Assembly (NCBI GenBank): GCA_973895155.1 | Contig: OZ316891.1 | Coordinates: forward strand, 20,596,169-20,660,168 | Origin: Marsupella aquatica | Lineage: Eukaryota; Plantae; Marchantiophyta | Direction: 5' to 3' | Length of the DNA: 64,000 nucleotides | The notes under the pieces: model-generated | Told to the model about the DNA's origin: nothing | What the model saw: the letters and a program-made list of their open reading frames with translations, nothing else | Databases searched by the model: none | Program-made: the position numbers and the translations under genes | Shown: piece by piece, positions 13,730-25,799 of the stretch | How positions within the stretch are numbered: the first letter of the stretch is position 1 | Layout: each line of letters begins with the position of its first letter

Positions 13730-15100
13730 GAAAGGGCTCAGCTTTTTTACTTTCCAATTTTAAGTGGGACAACGAGCCTGATTACCTAGAGACGAAGACA
13801 GAAAAAAATCTTGCAAAACAGAGATATTGTTGTTCATGTTTGTCTCTACCCCTCGGACAGGAACGATGACTGGAGGTGCGTAAGCCGAAGCCGAGGGCGT
13901 CGGGTTCGAATTCTTTTTCACCCTCCCTACTATTTTGTCTTTAATGAGAGTCACTGTTAGTCTTTATTCAATGTCAGTTTTATTGACCTTTGCTCCCATC
14001 CCTTTATTTTGGCCCATCTCTTACTTTTTGGTTTTGTTCTATTGAGAGTTGTCCATCTTTACTTTTTAGTTTTGTTCTATTGAGAGTTAGAGTCTAGAGG
14101 CTGCACTCTCTTTATTAGAACTATTTATTTTTTCTGCAAAGAATGGGGGTTTTACAAGAATTTGGGACACAAAAAATATATTTTTTCACCCGATGCAAAA
14201 CTGAGGTCCATTACAAACACCGAGGCTAAAATGCCTGAGCCAAGCATGTGTCATGTGTGGAGAAAAGAAACACAAGACCCTGAATAAGGGTTGGTCCATC
14301 CCCCTTAAGAGGGCATATTCACATAAGCAAAAAAATGGATACACAAAGGGCCCACTAATGTTAGGTATTTACTCTTAGGTCTAGAGTTGCTATGTTACCT
14401 CTATGAGTGTAACCACAATCAGGTGTTTAGTTTAAGATTAGATGTGCAACTAATACATTCCTTAAGAGAAGTTAGTTAATGAGTGGAATTTAGGCAAGTA
14501 ACGTTGTTCAACTAGGAAATGACTTTGATAAGTAATGAGTTTGTCAAATTGTACCTCCATGTTCATGTAAAGTGAAGTCTAGCCTGGTCTGACATTTGAA
14601 TGGCTACCATTGCATCTCAGACATAGAGATTTTTACAGGCAGGCCTATGAGCGATCTAGTATCTCTGGTTTTGATTATAAAGATTAATCCAACATTCAGT
14701 GTCCACACTTTGTGCTCCCAAAAGTTTCTGAGCAGCTACCTCCAACAATCACTCACCCAACTTTGACAATGAGTATCAGGTTGATTGTTTGAGTTCTAGG
14801 AAAACTGCTTGGCAAGATCTTTATGATGAGTCTAGTGTAGTCAAATTTCACTGAGAATTGACAGACCTACAAATCTTCTAAAGAATGATGTCTCTAGTTT
14901 TCTTGTGACATTTCACTAGTCGGAGTCATATGTAATATGTGAGTGCAAAAGAGGGTTTTGCAGATATCCATCCGGGTTGCTAAAGTATGACAGACTATCC
15001 CAACATTTTCACAATCATGGAGGTCTATCTAGGCATCAATTTTCTAAAAATGCACAACTTAGTGAAAAAATTCAAAAGTTTATCAGGTAAAATGTGAACT

Positions 15101-15176
15101 AGCTAGCTTTGGTTAGCTGGCCAGGGGATGAACCTAAACCAGAGAAATCCCAGGTTCAATCCCCCCTCCACGCGCA
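15101..15176 (+). mobile_element. Possible tRNA-derived SINE head, interrupted downstream by the copia insertion
   Basis: A-box-like tagctttggttagc (15104) and B-box-like ggttcaatccc (15153-15163) at tRNA-like spacing. No convincing cloverleaf. Confidence 0.35.
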
Positions 15177-15282
15177 AGGGGTGTGGAGGGTATGTGTGTG
15201 TATGTGTGAGTGCGGTAAACTGGTGGGAATCCTGGTTTCTCCTTAGCCCCAGGCTAGTTTGCTTTAGGGCTGACCCTGGTTC

Positions 15283-15320
15283 TGTTGAGCATAGACGACA
15301 TTCGTAACGGCAAGCCCATG
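15283..15320 (-). repeat. Inverted copy of the last 38 bp (U5) of the copia LTR, forming a terminal inverted repeat
   Basis: tgttgagcatagacgacattcgtaacggcaagcccatg is the reverse complement of 30807-30844 with 1 mismatch. Confidence 0.95.
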
Positions 15321-15329
15321 CTATCAGAG

Positions 15330-15341
15330 TGGTATCAGAGC
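15330..15341 (+). promoter_or_regulatory. Ectopic tRNA-iMet primer binding site (copy 1)
   Basis: (ag)TGGTATCAGAGC directly abutting the break in gag. Confidence 0.9.
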
Positions 15342-15775
15342 TGCTTGATGATGTGCGGCTTGAGATATAGCATCACTGCGTTGACAACAATCACCTGCTC
15401 CTGTCTCCACTGTCTCACAGAAATCTCCTCCTCTCCATCATACTGCTCTCGCGATGAAAGCAGATGAGCTAAGCCCATGGCCCAAAGGACACCCTTCACT
15501 TGCTTCTCCCACAGCAAGTAATCAGTACGGCCATCGTACTTCTCCACCTCAAAGTTCACTCGGACTCCAAATCTAGCCATCTCCCTCTTCTTCCCCACTA
15601 CCAACAACTCTGGTAGTAGTACAGCTTCCTCCACTGCACGCCGCACCGGTGATCTTACCGGTGTCACTAGTTCCTCCTCAAACGGTAGCAGCTCTTCCTC
15701 AGACTCTCTGTCTGACCGTCGCGATCCTGAAGCTCCATCGACGCCAATTCTTCCAGTATCCTCCGAGTCACTCAT
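15342..15775 (-). pseudogene. Copia gag, N-terminal piece
   Basis: MSDSED...NFEVEKYDGRTDYLLWEKQVKGVL...MLYLKPHIIKQL, a typical copia gag start, cut off at the PBS copy. Confidence 0.85.
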
Positions 15776-17526
15776 ATGAAACAATCACGAAAAAATGTTT
15801 TTTTTCAAAACTTCTCATAAAACTCAAAAATCAACACCGCCGCGTACCCCACGAAGCTAGGAGTCCAATACTGAAAGCCGAAATCAAAATCAAAATTTGA
15901 CGGAAAAGTTATTCAAATTTTGGTCGGGGTGGGTAAAACCTTGGGAAACTCCCCCGTTTTGACCACCTCGGAGAATAACCAAAATACCCAATACAACCCG
16001 TCGTCGGAATCGCAATGCGATTGGTGCGCCGCGTTGCCAACTTCAATGGCTACGTCCTTGTCGAAAAAGAACCAAAAAAGTTATCGTTCGGCGGACAGAA
16101 TCTTTGTTGGACGGCCGAAAAACAGCTCTTTGTTTTTTGGGAATATTCACGCATAGTCTGACAGGTCTCATAGGGGGCTGTTCCCCCTGTCGGAGCGGTT
16201 AAAACAGAGGGCGGCAGGTCCTGGCACCAAGTAAAACAAGAGGAAGCGAAGAGGAGGAAAAAGAGCCAAAAACAGGCCCTAAAGGGATGCAAAGCGCTTT
16301 AAATCCAAAAAATACGAGTATAAAAAGGCGGGCCAGGGGGTGTACAGGGCGTCGAGGTGGGGGCCGGGAGTAAAATACGTCTGCGTACGCAGCCAGAGAC
16401 GGGGTCCCGGGAGCGTACCGTCACCATGCGCTGTGGAGGGGCACCGACAGAAGGCAGGCGCGAGGTGGGAGAACCGGGGGCACAAGGCGAAGGCAGGGCC
16501 GGCCGACGGAGGGAGTCCCCCGGCTTATGCAGGCAGGTGGAGCGCGAGGCGGTCGGCTGGCAGCCGGGCGCAAAACGGTGTTAAGGGGGGGGGGCGAGGG
16601 CATGGCCTGGGTGACCGACGAGCGGGGAGGGTATGGTCGGGGCGCGCGCCGGTCGGCACTGCGGACCCCGCCGTTATAAATGGGGTGCGGGGAGGGGGGG
16701 AGGGATACAAACACAAGGGGGGTGCGGGGGTGTGTATACACACGAATATAACCCTTTAAACCCCCCTATAAAGGCAAAAAAACTCCCCCGGGATAAGTGA
16801 AAGAAAAACTCACCTAAAAAGCCGTTGTTTGATCCAAAGAAAGTGAACGCCGCCGATGGTAAATATTTCCGAATTTCACCGGCACAATCTGCAGCTCCAG
16901 CAGAGTAAACAATTTCCGTCGCGTTGCCTTCACTCCGCGTCAAGTGCCAATCCCGGGTGTCACACCATTCTAGGTAGTGTTAGAGTATATCGTACTATCT
17001 AGATCCATATGTTTGGTATATGTGCTATATGAGCCGATAAGGTTCTGTCAGGTTTGTGTGAGAGGGTACTTCTCACTTGTGAGGCATTGAAAGGTCATCT
17101 TTCAATGTTGAGCCTAGGAGAGAGATGAGCTTGAGTGTGGCTATGGTGGCTGGGCGCTTCGCTTGTGTAACGTGGATTCCTTGAGTAGTGCAAGCTAGGT
17201 GCATTGGCTTGACATACGTGTGTGATCGGATCGGTGCGGGATCAATGGGGTATTGTTGACCGGGATCGTTGTGCCGATTGTATTGAGATTACATTGAAAG
17301 ATCAGGAGCTTCAAACTCTGTTGTGTGGACAAAAGCTCAGTCTGAGTTTGTTGTTGACGATTTGCGGTAGATCAAATCGATTGGAGCTGTTGTTTTGATC
17401 TGTGGTACCTCGGATCGTGGAGTGGACCGCTGGTATTTTGATTTGCTCTAATCGGTGTTGAGAAGTTTGTGCCTGATCTGTGCTGCCATTCAACGGACAG
17501 TATGCTGCTGTTCGCGTTTTTGTGAA

Positions 17527-17692
17527 GTAGATCGGGCCTGCATCATCATCGTATGTAGATCTGTTGGGCCGATTTGCTGTTTTCGCAAGGGAAACAGCCA
17601 CAGATGTTGGTAGATCAGGCCTGCATCATCATCGTATGCAAATCTGTTGGGCCGATCTGCTATTTTTGCAAGGAAAATAGCTGCGGATGTTG
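17527..17692. repeat. Tandem duplication, 2 x 83 bp, in the gypsy leader
   Basis: gtagatc.ggcctgcatcatcatcgtatg...gatgttg at 17527 and 17610. Confidence 0.9.
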
Positions 17693-18188
17693 TTGAATCG
17701 CACAACGACACCGCCTGTGTAGCGATTTCCAGAACTTGCACGCCAACCTCTGCGTTTTGTTGAAGAAATAGAACTTTGAATGTTGCTATTTTGGTAGCGG
17801 ATGCGGGCTGCTGCTGATCAGAGCGCGGAGGCACTATCGCCTGCGTGTTTGTGAAGGGGAACGACTCGGGATTGTTGCCCATTTTGCGAGGGCTGGATTG
17901 CGGATTCGCTATGACAGGACAGTGCGTCGACGCGCTGCATTTCTGTGAAGGAAACTCGAGGCCGAAGTGTGGACGTTGTTGAATCTGGAAGTTGGATCCG
18001 GCGTAGCGGGCGTGAAGGGCTCACTTTGTGGCTCATCTCGGCATTTAGAGGCTTCGAGGCAACTCGGGACGAGGGGCGTGAGGGCGAAGCAGGAGCGGGC
18101 GGGCCAGCAAGCCAACTTGCTAGTACGTGAGGAGAATTGCAAGTGCTGTCATTTTGGAGTGGCAGATTTGGTGCATAATGACAAGTGA

Positions 18189-18256
18189 GAGGTCACCCAT
18201 CCCAAAGCTATTCCTCCCCTCATGCGCTTAACTAGCAAGTTCTTATGTGGTGCATT
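18189..18256 (-). promoter_or_regulatory. 5S rRNA-derived internal Pol III promoter core (box A to box C), not a full 5S gene
   Basis: + strand gaggtcacccatcc-N22-cgcttaact-N4-agttct-N5-ggtgcatt matches the reverse complement of plant 5S rRNA (GAGGTCACCCATCC-N22-CGCTTAACT-N4-AGTTCT-N10-GGTGCATT). The 5S ends are absent. Confidence 0.85.
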
Positions 18257-21200
18257 GTACATGCTTCCTTCCACACTTGGTGTCCAAGGAATGAGGCCCT
18301 AGGGGTTTTATGCACTTTTGAATTCATCTAGATACTCTATTTTAGCTAGTTTGCGATGGATTCTTGAATATTTGACGCAGGATTCTTGAGGCCTATTATG
18401 AAGGCCCTATATTGAACTATATGCACATTATTTTCATGTATTTCTGATTGATTGGTGTGGAGAGTTGTGGTAAATCCTCTTCTTGTTGTTGGATCCTCTC
18501 CACACATGCTTCCTGTTTATGCGCCATGTTGGTTTGGCGTGGACGCTTGATTCTATAGGAGTGATTCGGGTTTGCAACCGGACATTCTAGTTGTGCTACG
18601 TATTTCTCTCCTGGTGATGTTGGAGTGATGCCCAACACACCATGGTGAGTGCTTGTGTTGTTGACAAGGACAGATTGCCCTTAGGGTTAGCATATAGATT
18701 AGGTTAGATTGGTCACCACGGATTCTTCTGGTGCTGCTGGGTTACCCGATGGACGACGGACCGGTTTCACTTGGAGTGGGGCGCAGTTTTGGCCAACAAC
18801 ATTGGTAGCAGTCAGCAGCACAACTTCAAACAGTGATTCTGACGAGGACTCTGTGAGCAGTTCTCCTTGTCATCAGGTGATTGCACCTTTGTTGTGGGAT
18901 ATGGACAAGATGTACGGGGCTACAAAGGGCCCATGACGATACTCTGGTGCAGTTGGCACAATTGATCTGGATGACTTCATCCAGGAGTTTGATACGTGGT
19001 GCGATATGCAGACATTGCGTAACGCCATGTTGTTTACCCCTTTCATGGCATGGAAAGGATTATTCCAGCATTTGGAGGGGCCACCCATGGATGACTACCA
19101 TGAGTTTTGGAAGGCTCATTTGGTTGAGATTGAGGCATGGAGGCAGCATTGGTCGCCTAATTATGTGTCCATCACCTATTGCACTAGTGCGGCTGCCCAA
19201 CCCATTGCCACAGCTGTTGCTTCTTCTAGCAGCACTAGCCAGAGTGGCACACCATCCACCAGTAGCACTCCAGCAGCATCCATCGCTACTCCTACCGGTG
19301 TGATTGTGACAGGAATTGGAGTTGCGCCAACATTTAACCCTATGGTGGAATTCTTTGAGGTACTGAAGCAGACCTATCAGGGTGTGAGAACTGATAAGTT
19401 GAAGGGTCTCCAGGAGTTCCAGCGTAAGACTGGAGAGAGTCTACGTGAGGCATACACTCGTATGCGCAGATTGATCACTATCACCAAGGGAGTGACAGAG
19501 GCTCAGGCAATCCAGTTTTGGTATGCGATTCTGGACAAAGAATTGCGACGCAGAGTGAGAGATGTCACTCTACTTAGGGATGCAGATCCCACATTAGCAG
19601 TTGTTTTTACCCTTTCTCAGCGCATTCAGCTCAATATGGTGAATGAGAAGGTGGTGATTTCTGGATTTGCCAAGGAAGCACCAAAGGCTGCATCTACATC
19701 CACACCATAACCTACTGCACGGAAGAGCCAGAGGGAGAAGCCTGCTGGACGAGAGTCTACCAGCCAGAGACCTGTGCCCTCTTATGCTGGACAGCAGTCA
19801 AGATGTTGGACCTGTGGTGGGGATCATGCACAGAGATATTGTCCAGATCATAGAGGATCAGGGGGAGCATCAGCGCCTGATCAATGACAGTGTGATCATT
19901 GTGGAGCTCCTGGACACACCAAGGATAGGTGTTTCTCACTCCACCCTGAGTTACGGAGGGGAGGATCCCGTACACATGATCAGGGAAGAGGAGGAGGAGG
20001 TAGAGGTGGTGGACGTGGTCGTGGTCGTGGCATGCCACATGCAGGGAGACAGGAAGGTGACGCTGCCCCTACTATAACCATAAATCCAAATGATGCTAAG
20101 ATTGCTCAATTGGAGCAACAACTAGCTGCCATGGCTAGTTCCCAGGTGAGACCTACTTCTAGTGATGGGGCATCTACATCCTATGGACCTTCCACATCCC
20201 ATGGTCCTTCCACATCTTATGGAGCTGATGGAGACCTTGCCACCATGGGATTCATGTGTGGCACTGCACATATTGATGCATCAGCAGCGTTGACACGTGG
20301 GGCAGCCAAAGCTCTTGAGCCCCGAGGAGCAGTAGTGGAGTTAGATCCATAGAGGGAGGATGCACGTTGGCAGACAAAGCTTCCTCAGTCTTTTACATTG
20401 TCAGAGATAGTTCAGACTGTCTCTATGAACCCGGTTCGGACAAACCCTAATGTGGGTAAGTCGGCAGAATCAGGTAGTGATGCAGTAGGGATGACAGGTA
20501 CCCTGCTGGGGGCGGCTACTGCCATGGTACGCACCCCATTATTTTCAGCGACAGACATGCTGAACTTGGGAGTTGGTCTTGCAAAAGTGTTCAGATTGGC
20601 AGCTATACTCTGTGAGGACACTCCAGTGGTTGCTTCCCATGCAGAAGCAGCTTGCAGTGTTGAAGCAGTGAAATCCATGCCACCTACTACTACTAGTGAG
20701 ACATGGCATGTAGCAACAGCAAGGTTGGTGGATTTACCAGCACGCCCTGCATTTGAGAGGACTAGGTTTAAACCTAGTGTTGTGTCATTGGATAATCGAA
20801 GTGGTATCTTCCGATTAGTTGGGCCTTCTTGGGCAGTATACCAGCCAGAGAGAGTGTTACTGGATACTAGTGCTCAGCCCTTGATGTTGGGTAAGTCTGC
20901 CATACGTGGGTTGGGATTGCATCCAGAGGATTTGGAGGATTGTCCCTTTCCCATTCAGACTTCATTGGGGGGACCTACACCTACACAGCACATTACCAGG
21001 AGACCTCTTGATTTGAGGATTCAGGAAGGTCATACCACAGATAACTCACAAATACAGGCGCGAGCTATTCTGACTAAGGCAGAGTCATATGATGTGTTGG
21101 TGGGATGTACAGTGCTCTACCCCATGGGATTTATTCTTGATTTTTTGGAGGAATCAGTGTCATATAGACCTGATTGGCAGTCAGGAGATGCTTGATTGAG

Positions 21201-21567
21201 CAAATTGCCAATGAGATTTAGTGGACCTATGGGAGGCCCTAAATCCACACCATTGTCTTTGGCAGCATTCAGTGGGCTAATTGTTGGACCTGATGATTTG
21301 ATTGAGGGTAATGTGCATGCAGCAGATGTTCCACCATTGGAGGAGACTCATGAGGAGCACATCATGCAGGGATTCCCTGTTGGCAGTGTTGTGCCACCAG
21401 TGTGGGGCATTGCATAGACCTTGCCACAGGAAGCAGCACGATTGGTACATGATGCATGGCGTCATGCTTTTACACCATAGTCAGGAGCAGAGCAGTCTCT
21501 TGCAGATGGACCGGTGACTCTTTCACCATTGGATACCACTCCTATTGCTTGGCAGTATCCACCGGAG

Positions 21568-22490
21568 GGTATTTGTTTGTTGGATCGTTTTGGTGGGATT
21601 AGCACTAGATTGGCTGTTGTTCTTTAGGCAGGAATTCTTGTGCGTTGTTATTTGTATGTGGAGACAGATGAGACAACACGGAGGATCTCATTGCAACATG
21701 TGGCTATGTTGGTGGATAGATATCCACAGTTGCTGCTAGTGGATGCTGTTCGTGGTTATCAGCATGCACTACCTACTGATATTTCATTACTAGGGGCGGA
21801 TCATCTGCATCGTGTTGGCCCCATTGATTTGGTGATTGCTGGTTGGCCATGTTAGGGCCAATCTAGAGCTGGCATTGGGCATGGACTTCATGATCCACGC
21901 TCAACACTATTTTGGGAGATGTTACGGGTGCTGCGTCATCTCCAGCTACATCAGACACAATCTCCAACATACATTTTGGAGAATGTGCCATTGTTAGGTG
22001 ATGATCGCAGTCGGATTGTTGCCAGTGTTCACCAGGTGAGGTCTTGGATTGGACCTGCTGTGTTATTGGATGCTACACATGTGGGTTCTCGTGCACATCG
22101 TCCACGCTTGTGGTGGACCAATTTGATCCCATGTGAGGTGCTGAAGCGCGCATTTGACAGCATTCCACGCTCACCAGCCTTAGTGGTGGATGATATTTTG
22201 GATCCAGAGCATCGTGCACAGGGTGTGACCCAACCTGATAGACCTCCATTGGCAATGGTCAATCCACTCTTGTAAGCCATTCTGCTTCTTATGCATTCAG
22301 AGCAGGTGGCCCTGGACTTGTGTGGGACACAGCTCTCCAGCAGTTAGTGGAACCTACTGCTGATGAGAGAGAGCGTGCTATGGGATTTTTGACTAGCACC
22401 ACTGCAGTTGCCTCTGTGTTAGAGGGTTTGCGACGCTAGGTTCTTGGTCAAGCAATGGATCTGAATTGTTTAACTTGGATTATCAGCTTG
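21568..22490 (+). pseudogene. C5 cytosine DNA methyltransferase domain within pol (between AP and RT)
   Basis: Motif I LLDRFGGIST (~21580), motif IV GPIDLVIAGWPC*G (PC 21847-21852), motif VI ILENV (ENV 21979), motif VIII RAHRPRLWWTN (22090), motifs IX/X ERERAMGF...RR*VLGQAMD (~22365-22460), in canonical order. Confidence 0.92.
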
Positions 22491-25400
22491 GGAGTAGCTG
22501 AACAGTTGCGGATGCGCTCTGCTGAAATTACTGATTGTCCCTTGGTGAGCTTGCGGTCCACTGAGACAGTATTAACCACAGCTGGGGGCGAGCAGACAGT
22601 CCATGGACCTATGGCAGGATTGGCCAAGGCTGGACAGATTGTTGAGCAGGAAGGGACTGCTCAATCTACTACTAAATAGCAATCATCGACTATCTTTTCT
22701 ACCCTACAAAGATATATTAGGGATTTGGTGGAGAGTTGGGAACCACAGCTTGGCCCTAAGTTGACAGGGGAGGAGAGACGTCGCATGCATCGATTCCTGA
22801 AGAGTTACTGGAATTGTTTTGCATTTAGCATGAAGGATTTGGGGACATTAAAGGGTCCTGGTATTCAGATTGAATTGGCTAGTAATGCGCCAATCTTTCG
22901 TAGGCCATACCGTTACAGTGACATGGAGAGAGCTTTGATTCAAAGCAGAACTCAAGATTTGTTGGAGGCTGGATTGGTGGAGATTTCATATGGGGAGTAT
23001 GCATCTGCCACAGTGATGCCAGCCAAGAAGGATGTGCATGGCAATTACACAGATAGGCGCATGTGTGGTGATTACATACCCATTAATCGCCAGACAAATC
23101 TGATAGATATGCCATGCCCACACTTGAGGAGATATTTGATGCTGTGGGGCATGCAAAGGTTTTCAGTTCATTGGATCTGAGGGCAGGGTATCATCAGCTT
23201 CCAATTAGGCATGCTGACAGGTCCAAGACAACATTCTAGGGGATTAATTCTTATGGCAAAGATCGTTTGTATCAGTGGTTATTCTTACCATTTGGGTTGA
23301 AGAATGCACCAGCTGAGTTCCAGAGAGTCATGGATCGAATCCTTGCAGGTTTGGATTTTGTCAGATGTTATATTGATGATATTTTGGTCTATTCTTCTAC
23401 TATGGAAGAACATCAGCAGCACTTGCAAATTGTGTTGGAGAGATTGAGAGCACATGGGTTGAAGCTCCATCCTAGCAAGTGTAAGTTCTTCCAAGACCAG
23501 ATTGAGTATTTGGGCCACACCATATACCCAGGGGGATTGGGTGTACAGCAGACTAAAGTGGAGGCCATTACACAGATTCCTTGTCCTACTGATGTGAGTT
23601 TGTGCATTCTTGGGATTTGCGAGCTACTACAGGAGGTATGTTAAAGGATTTAGCCAGCTTGCTAAACCTTTGACCATACTCACTAAGTTGGATCATGAAT
23701 GGATTTGGGGTGATGACCAGGAGCATGCCTTTCAGGAGTTGAAGCAAAGGTTGGCATCATCCCCTGTTTTGATAAGACCCATTTCAGGCAGACCATTTTA
23801 GCTACACACTGATTGGAGTGGAGTAGGACTTGGAGCAGTGCTGACTCAAAAGGATGATGAGGGGAATGAGTTTGTTGTGGCTTATGCCAGTAGATCAAAC
23901 AATTCAGCAGAGGCTAAGTATAGCTCTTATGAGGGAGAGTGTTTGGCAGCAGTGTGGGCTGTTGCACATTTTTGTTGCTACTTGTTTGATAACCCTTTCA
24001 CCTTGATCACTGATCATCAGCCTCTTAAGTGGTTAATGGAGTCTGACAAGCTTACAGGGAAGCTTGCACGATGGGCATTGTTGTTACAGGAGTATGATTT
24101 CCAGGTGGTGCATAGGCCTGGAAAAGTGAACTTGGATGCAAATGGATTAAGCCGGAATCCATGTACCAGTCAGCAGGATGAGACTGGAGCCAGATGGCAT
24201 GATGAGTCAGATAAGGAGATGGTGCCAGGATGGCATGCATCTGCCTTTCTTTGTTGGGTGCCAACATATAGTGGATCTGTTGACTCTACCTCATTGGATG
24301 GAGTGGATGAGGAGTCTTTAGATGTGGATGTTGGTGAGGTAACTTTTGGATAGCAAGATATTCACAATGATGTGAGAGTGTTGGAATATCTGCGCAGTGG
24401 TTCTATTGTTGGCAGTGTTGATGCCAAAGAACGTGACAGGGTTCTACATAGAGCCAAGAGGTTTCGATGGGAGGGAAACCATCTTTTGAGAGTACTGCAT
24501 GATGGTAGGGTGTTGGTGGTACCAAAACCATCACAACGAGTACATTTGGTACGACATGCACACGAGGAGTTGGGGCACTTTGGTGTGAAGCGCACTTATA
24601 GCTTGTTGCAGACACAGTATTGGTGGCGTCGTATGCACACTCATGTCCAGCAGTTGATAGCTAAGTGTGTGGTATGTGATAGAGTGAGAGCATCATTTAA
24701 TGCTCCCACTCCCCAGTTGCACCCGTTGCCGATCATGGGTTTGGGATATCGTTGGAGTTTGGATTTTTCTGGTCCATTACCTCTTACCCAACGTCATAAT
24801 CGGTATGTTTTGGTCATGGTGGAGCACTTCTCCAAGTGGATTGAGCTAGTGGCATTGCCAGATAAAGCCAGTGGAGGAGTTGCTGCTACATTTTTGGATC
24901 GTGTACTCAGTCATTTTGGAGCACCAGCTGAGGTGTTGACTGATCAGGGAACTGAGTTCCGTGGAGAGTTTGAGAGTTTGTATGAGTCACAAGCTCTGAT
25001 TGATCATCGTACTACCTCTTGTGATCATCCTAAGGCAAATGGATTAGCCGAGAGAGTTGTGCAAACTGTAAAGAGAGGATTGCGTAAGTATGGCTTGCAG
25101 GTTGGTCATCTGGGAGATTGGGATCTCCAGCTACCTTGGTTAGCTATGGGCTACCGTTTTAGTCGGCAAGCATAACTTGCATCATTTTCACCTTACTTTT
25201 TGCTCTATGGTAGAGAGCCAGATTTGCTAGCAGCTATTCGTCATGATGCTGCACCAGTTGTGAACTTGGATGATCCTGATGTTTGGGTCAAGGTGTGTTC
25301 AGAGAGAGCACGGGTATTTCAGAGAGTGATGCCCATGGCTTTTGACAACGTTGCCATTGCCCAACATCGTGATACTTTGAGGTATGCCACTATTCGTGGA

Positions 25401-25661
25401 GGAGGTTATCGTGCAAGCATTCGATGATTTCATCCTAGTGATTATGTTTATTTGCAGCAGACAACACCCACAACACTTGATGTGACCACAGGCCGGACAA
25501 TCTTACGTGTGCGTGAAGTGTTGCCTTCTGGTGTCCTGATGTTGGAGGGACGCGATGGTATGGTTTGGAAGGATCAAGTGCGCAACTGTGCACCATGTCA
25601 CCTTCCCAACATTGATGGTATAGTAGATCCAAGCTTGGCACATGTTCGTGCTGGCTTGAAA

Positions 25662-25799
25662 TGTATGTTGTGTGGATCTGCTCAGGGAGCAGCTACTATG
25701 TTGATTTGTGATAAGTATTCTAGAGAATGGCACATGTCATGTTTGACACCACCATTGCAGGTGATTCCTAGTGGATCATGGTTGTGTCCTCAGTGTCGG
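25662..25799 (+). other. PHD finger at the integrase C-terminus
   Basis: CMLC-x11-CDK(Y)-x4-HMSC-LTPPLQVIPSGSWLCPQC, a C4HC3 pattern with one Cys apparently mutated (TGT>TAT). Confidence 0.9.

Noticed and set aside
16279-16943. Several overlapping ORFs on both strands
   Set aside because: Expected in GC-rich low-complexity sequence, with no recognisable domain.
18189-18256. Functional 5S rRNA gene
   Set aside because: Only the internal control region matches. The 5' and 3' helices are missing and there is a 5-nt deletion.
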